Assembly: GCA_963767925.1 (NCBI GenBank)
Contig: CAVYGB010000002.1
Location: 1,152,001 to 1,216,000 of the forward strand
Length of the DNA: 64,000 nt
Direction of reading: 5' to 3'
DNA from: an uncultured delta proteobacterium
GTDB taxonomy: Bacteria > Myxococcota_A > Polyangia > Fen-1088
Shown here: positions 59,102-64,000 of the stretch, in pieces
How positions within the stretch are numbered: the stretch's first letter is position 1
How the letters are laid out: every line of letters starts with the position of its first letter
Notes under the pieces: model-generated
Databases searched by the model: none
Told to the model about the DNA's origin: nothing
What the model saw: only the letters and a program-made list of their open reading frames with translations
Made by a program: the position numbers and the translations under genes

Positions 59102-59257
59102 GCCGCACGCCTCGGCAACACCGGGGTGCGCAGGCGACCGATCTCTCGGCATTCGGTTCGAAGGGAAGACACCGCCCCATGTGTGCGGCCATTGTCGATG
59201 AATCCCGAATCTCGAACGACCCATGCGCTAAGATCGTATCGAGGGCGGAGGGGGAGC

Positions 59258-60400
59258 ATGCGACACGGCGGGCGTTATCTGACATCGAGCGGCCGAGGGC
59301 GGGGGTTGCTGCTGCTCCTGCTCACGGTATCGGTGGCGTGTGAGGACGGAATCCCCACCCGTCCAGATGCCAGAGCCGATGGGTCGCGTGACACGGCCAC
59401 GGACCGAACGGCCGATCGGCCCCTCGACGGGCTGGTGGTGGATGCGCCTCCGGATGCGAGCGCCGACGCGTTCCTCGACGCCGCCGACGCCCTACCGGAC
59501 GCGCCGATCGATCTGGCGACGGACGTCGCGGTTGATCTGGGCGGCGACGTCCCGGTGGACGCGCCACCGGATACTACGTCCGATCTTCAACCCGATCTGC
59601 CCACGGATCAGCCCGTCGACCAGACGATCGATCTCCCGGCCGACCTGCGGGCCGACACGCCAGCGGATGTCGGCCAGGAGGCCGGTGCGTGCGTGGGCCC
59701 ACCGGTCGTGATCCCCCCGGGAACCCTCCAGAAGAGCGCCTTTATATCCATCTCGCGCGAGGTGGCCATCGCGCACGGATGCTCGCGGTTCGATGAGCTC
59801 GACACTCCCGCGGTGGGTCCCTTCACACTGACCACGCCGCAGCGGTTGGTCATGTTTCAGGCCCACAATCTGGCTCCGACGACCTACACCGCTGCGGTCA
59901 GCGCGGGCTGCTCCTTCACCCAACCCCCGATCGCCGGGGGAACGAGGAGGTGCATTCATACCGTCGTGGATCTCACCCCGGGCGACTACGCCATCCTGGC
60001 CTGCGAGACCACGGATCGGTATAGCTACTTCCTGGAGCCGGTCCCCACCACGACGGCGACCAACACGAATTGCGCGGGAGCGATAGATCCGATCGCCGGC
60101 CACTCCGAGCCACGGGTCGTCGACGGAAATGACCGTTACTACACCTTCACCTTGAACCAGCCTTCCGCCCCGCAGGTAATCTTTGGACAGATGGAAGGCG
60201 ATGAGCCGAGCGTGTCCATTCGTACGGATTGCGGCGACCCGGCTACCGAGGTCTTCGCAGGGCCGGCCTACTTTTGCCTTCCCTGGTCGTCGTATTGGAT
60301 GAACACGACCCAGCTTCCGGCTGGCACGTACAGCCTTATCGTGAGCCGGATAAGCAGAGGAACGAAGTACTTTATCGGCGTGGACCCGAACGAGCCGTAG
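59258..60400 (+). CDS. Hypothetical lipoprotein (Asp/Pro-rich linker plus Cys-containing beta domains)
   Basis: GGAG RBS; lipobox VSVAC; DA/DxP-rich linker; visibly lower GC than flanks. Confidence 0.72.
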   Translation: MRHGGRYLTSSGRGRGLLLLLLTVSVACEDGIPTRPDARADGSRDTATDRTADRPLDGLVVDAPPDASADAFLDAADALPDAPIDLATDVAVDLGGDVPVDAPPDTTSDLQPDLPTDQPVDQTIDLPADLRADTPADVGQEAGACVGPPVVIPPGTLQKSAFISISREVAIAHGCSRFDELDTPAVGPFTLTTPQRLVMFQAHNLAPTTYTAAVSAGCSFTQPPIAGGTRRCIHTVVDLTPGDYAILACETTDRYSYFLEPVPTTTATNTNCAGAIDPIAGHSEPRVVDGNDRYYTFTLNQPSAPQVIFGQMEGDEPSVSIRTDCGDPATEVFAGPAYFCLPWSSYWMNTTQLPAGTYSLIVSRISRGTKYFIGVDPNEP

Positions 60401-60500
60401 GCCCAGCTTGTCGGCGGCCCGCGGCCGCGGGAAGGATTCTGGCGTCAGCTCAAATCGGGCGGGCGATGCGCGCTCTGTCGGTGAGGAGCCCCCTCCAGAC

Positions 60501-62318
60501 CTACTCGAGCGCGATCCGCATGCGTCGGGTGCGCAGGCCCTTGGACTCGCTCAAGCGCCCGAGCACCGCCACACGCTGGGCGTCGATCTTGCGTCGTGGA
60601 GATGACCACCTCGTGGGCACCGGTGTCCCCGGCGACGTCGGTGAGCCGCTCGACCGAGCCAAAGACGCGGATGCCGTGGATGACCCGGCCGTGCTTCTGG
60701 GGATCGTCGTCGATGAAGCCGACCGGGTTGCAGGCCGAGGCCAAAGTTGTTCAGCAGCTCGCGCACCAGCAGCTCGCCGCCGTCGCCCGCCCCGTAGATC
60801 AGCACCCGCCGAGCGTCGGGCGTGCCCTGGATGCGTCCCAGGTACGACCGGAGGAGCCGGAAGCCAACCCGACTTCCAACGATCCCCACCGTGAGGAGGA
60901 TGCCGTCCATCAGCAGGACGCCGCGGGACATGTTCTCCATGCGAAACAGCGAGATAGAGGGTCACCACGGTCGCCACCCAGGCCCCCCCGCCGAACGCAG
61001 CAGGGTGCCCAGATCGGACATCGAGGTGTAGCGCCACAGGCCCCGGTACAGGCCCAGGCCCAGGAAGCTGGTGACCTGCACGACGATCGACCACCGGCAG
61101 CGAGGTCCGGAACTGCGCGTAGAACGGCGCGATGAGCGCCCCTTCGAGCTGCCCGTCGAAGCGAAGGAGGAAGGCGGCGTAGTAGGCCACCACGATGAGC
61201 ACGACGTCGTGCAAGACCTCGAAGATGCGGCGCTTGTAGGCGAGGTCGGCCAGCGTCGGCAGCAGGGCCCGCCCGCTGCCCTCGGCCGGGGTCTGCGACC
61301 CGCTCGTACACGCGGACCCGTCCGAGGATGATCAGGAAGAACAGCAGCAACATGCCGAAGGTCGGGACCAGCAGGATCGACGAGCGGCCAGGCCAGCTCG
61401 CGCACCAGGACCGCCATGCCGCCCGAGGCGGCGGCCAGGCCCCAGAGCACCAGCGCCGCCTTTCGCTCCGACAGGCCGATGGCCACCAGCCGGTGGGAGG
61501 TGTGATCACGTCCGCCTTGCGAGACCGGTCGACCGTTGAGCTTCCGGCTGATGGTGACCAGGGTGGTGTCGACGATCGGGATGAGCAGCAGCAGCACCGG
61601 CACCGCCAGCACGGCGAGCACGTTGCGGCGCAGGCCCGCGTTCTGGTTCGACACCAGGGTGAGGCCCCCCAGGAAGAAGCCCGAGAAACAGCGAGCCGCA
61701 ATCGCCCATGAAGATGGAGGCCGGGTTGACGTTGAAGACCAGGAAGCCGACCACCGCCCCGCAGAACGCCGCCGCCAGGGCCGCCGCCCCGAACTGCCCC
61801 GAGTCGTGACAGAAGTAGACCAGGTAGGCGGAGGCGATGGCGGCCACGCCCGCCGGCCAGGCCGTCGAGGTTGTCGAGCAGGTTCACCGCATTGGCGATG
61901 CCGACCAGCCAGAAGATGGTCAGCACCTGGTCGAGCACGGCCGAGTTCAGCCAGCGCAGGCGCACCCCGAAGACGGTGAAGGCCGCGGAGAAGACGATCT
62001 GCCCGACCAGCTTGGCGTACGGCTTCAGGGTGACGAAGTCGTCGAGCAGACCGACCAGGAACATGCCGGCGCAGCCGGCGAGCAGCAGGTAATCACCGGC
62101 AGAAGTCCTGGCGCGGGCGCAGACAGCGCGACCAGACGCGAAGGCGGCGAAGATCCCCACTCCGCCGAACAGCGCGGTGGGCTTGCTGTGCCAGCGGTCC
62201 GCCCGAGGCTTCGCCACCAGGCCCCGCCGCCGGGCCAGCGCCCGCACGCCAGAACACCAGCGGCATCGACAGAGCGAACGCCGAGGACGAAATTGAGGCC
62301 GTAGTCCCACCACGCCAT
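60501..62318 (-). CDS. WecA/MraY-family (GT4) sugar-1-P transferase fused to a CapD-like N-terminal/Rossmann domain; multiple apparent frameshifts
   Basis: DRWH...[43 protein letters not shown], then [24 protein letters not shown]. Confidence 0.8.
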
Positions 62319-62343
62319 GCGCCTTCTCCGAGCGAGCACGGTG

Positions 62344-63308
62344 CTAGCGCCGGCGAAACTGTTCGACCACGTCGGTCAGGATCTGGCTGAGCGGAATCGT
62401 GGGCTTCCAGTCGATGGCGCGCCTGAATCTTCGAGAGGTCCGGCACCCGCCGGCGCATGTCCTCGAAGCCGTGTTCGTAGGCTTCTTCGTAGGACAGGTA
62501 CTGGATCTCCGAGCGCGAGCCGCAGACCTCACGGACCTGTTTGGCCAGATCGCCGATGGTGATCTCGGTGGTGTTGCCGACGTTGAACACCTGGCCGTAG
62601 CAGCGTTCGTTGTCGAGCAGGCCGATCAGCGCCCGCACGACGTCGGCGACGTGGGTGAAGCAGCGCGACTGCTTGCCGTCGCCGAAGACCGTGATGGGCG
62701 TGCCCGGCCAGGGCCTGGCGCACGAAGTTCGGGATCACCATGCCGTATTGTCCGGTCTGCCGAGGCCCAACGGTGTTGAACAGACGCACGACCACCGTGG
62801 GGAGCTTGCGTTCCTTCCAGTAGGCAATCGCCAGGAACTCGTCGATGGCCTTGGAGCAGGCGTAGGACCAGCGGCCCTTGTGGGTGGCCCCCAGCACCAG
62901 ATCGCCGTCCTCCCGGAAGGGGAACTGCTCGCTCTTGCCGTAGACCTCGCTGGTCGAGGCCACCAGGATGGGCCGCTTCTTCTTGTGGGCGAGAGTCAAC
63001 ATGACCTCGGTCAGGTGCACGTTGGTCTCGATGGTCCGCACCGGCGATTCGACGATCAGCTTGACGCCGACAGCGGCGGCCAGGTGATAGATGCGATCGC
63101 AGGTGTCGACCAACTCGGCCATCACCGGCACGTTCGCGCAGGTGTCGATGACGTAGTGAAAGCGCGGGTTGCTCTTGAGGTGCCGGATGTTCTCGATGCT
63201 GCCGGTCGACAGATCGTCGGCAATGAAGACCTCGTGACCGCGCTGGATGAGCTCGTCCGCGAGATGCGAGCCGATGAACCCGGCTCCGCCCGTAATGAGG
63301 TAACGCAT
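62344..63308 (-). CDS. NAD-dependent nucleotide-sugar epimerase/dehydratase (apparent frameshifts near 62700 and 62425)
   Basis: ITGGAGFIGSH, ASTSEVYG, YACSK, RLFNTVGPRQ, VFNVG, RRVPD. Confidence 0.9.
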
Positions 63309-63432
63309 GCTCGAGGATCCTAGGTGAGGCCAGCCATTTCTATCACGCTCACCGAAAAATCTCTAGAGCCTTTCGGATGTTCGCCGATGCGGCTCTTGCT
63401 GGCATCTCCGCTCGAATGTTGGCTCGTTCGCT

Positions 63433-64000
63433 TCATAGCGGTGAGCTTCGCGGGGATCTCGCCTGGCGTTCGCGCTCAGGCTTGTCGCCCGCGGTGGTGT
63501 GGTGCGGTGCACTGGCGGGCCGTGATGTGGCCGGGCAGCCGCTCAGGACACGACCGCCGGATGGACGGTCGGCCTGGGCTGTGACACGGGCCCCACGATC
63601 GGTCGCGCCTGCCCCGAAGGCAGGGTGCGCTTCCCGCCAGGGCTTGCTCAGACCCGGCAGATTGCGTAGCCAGAGCTCCACCGTCGCCAGCAGCCAGAGC
63701 TGATGCTCGTGGTCCGCCCCGCGCCTCGACGTGCTCGGCGAACACCCGCTCCACGGTCGCCGGCCTGAAGGTAGTCGCGGATGCGGGCCTCGGGCGCGAG
63801 CAAGAGGTCCCGCAGGTAGCCGCGGAGCTCCTTGCGGAACCAGGTACCCAGGGGAAGCCCGAAGCCCATCTTTCCCCGGCTCTGGATGGCCGGCGGCAGC
63901 AGGTCGGCAAACGCCTTGCGCAGGATGTACTTCGTGGTCCGCCCCCGCAGCTTGTAAGAGTCGGGGAGCCCGGCGACGTATTCGATGAGCGCGGTGTCCA
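63433..64000 (-). CDS. asnB: C-terminal part of asparagine synthase-like amidotransferase (5'-truncated, frameshifted)
   Basis: TKYILRKAF, RGKMGFGLPLGTWFR, HQLWLLATVELWLR; exact stop uncertain. Confidence 0.8.
   Translation of the reverse strand, partial: GHRAHRIRRRAPRLLQAAGADHEVHPAQGVCRPAAAGHPEPGKDGLRASPGYLVPQGAPRLPAGPLARARGPHPRLPSGRRPWSGCSPSTSRRGADHEHQLWLLATVELWLRNLPGLSKPWREAHPAFGAGATDRGARVTAQADRPSGGRVLSGCPATSRPASAPHHTTAGDKPERERQARSPRSSPL

Overview
A very GC-rich bacterial window, most likely Myxococcota/Polyangia-like. This rests on a TIGR02266-type PilZ protein, an SspB-like protein, sigma54-type promoters and many Cys-rich lipoproteins. Housekeeping and metabolic genes: hisBHAF(IE), dinG, plsY, bioB, moeA, recA, ssb, comM, an acyl-CoA dehydrogenase, a patatin and a D-aminoacylase. 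Envelope genes: a TPR-TonB-ExbB-ExbD-ExbD operon, a lipoprotein plus TonB-dependent receptor pair, and a surface-polysaccharide locus at the right end. Several conserved genes carry clustered indels that look like long-read errors. The most interesting items are: (i) an uncharacterised clan-CD-like (His-Cys) protein translationally coupled to an exported FGE/C-type-lectin-fold protein, a candidate effector-immunity pair, next to a Phd-VapC TA; (ii) a comM-recA-tailless ssb cluster with GG-N10-GC sigma54-type promoters; (iii) an ECF sigma with only region 2, coupled to an NrsF-like anti-sigma; (iv) a ~2050-aa sensor kinase built from a tandemly duplicated PAS-GAF-HK-REC-HK module; and (v) a REPIN/MITE-like family whose 46-bp hairpin ends enclose different tandem-repeat cargos. 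All calls come from reading the sequence and motifs; no database searches were run.
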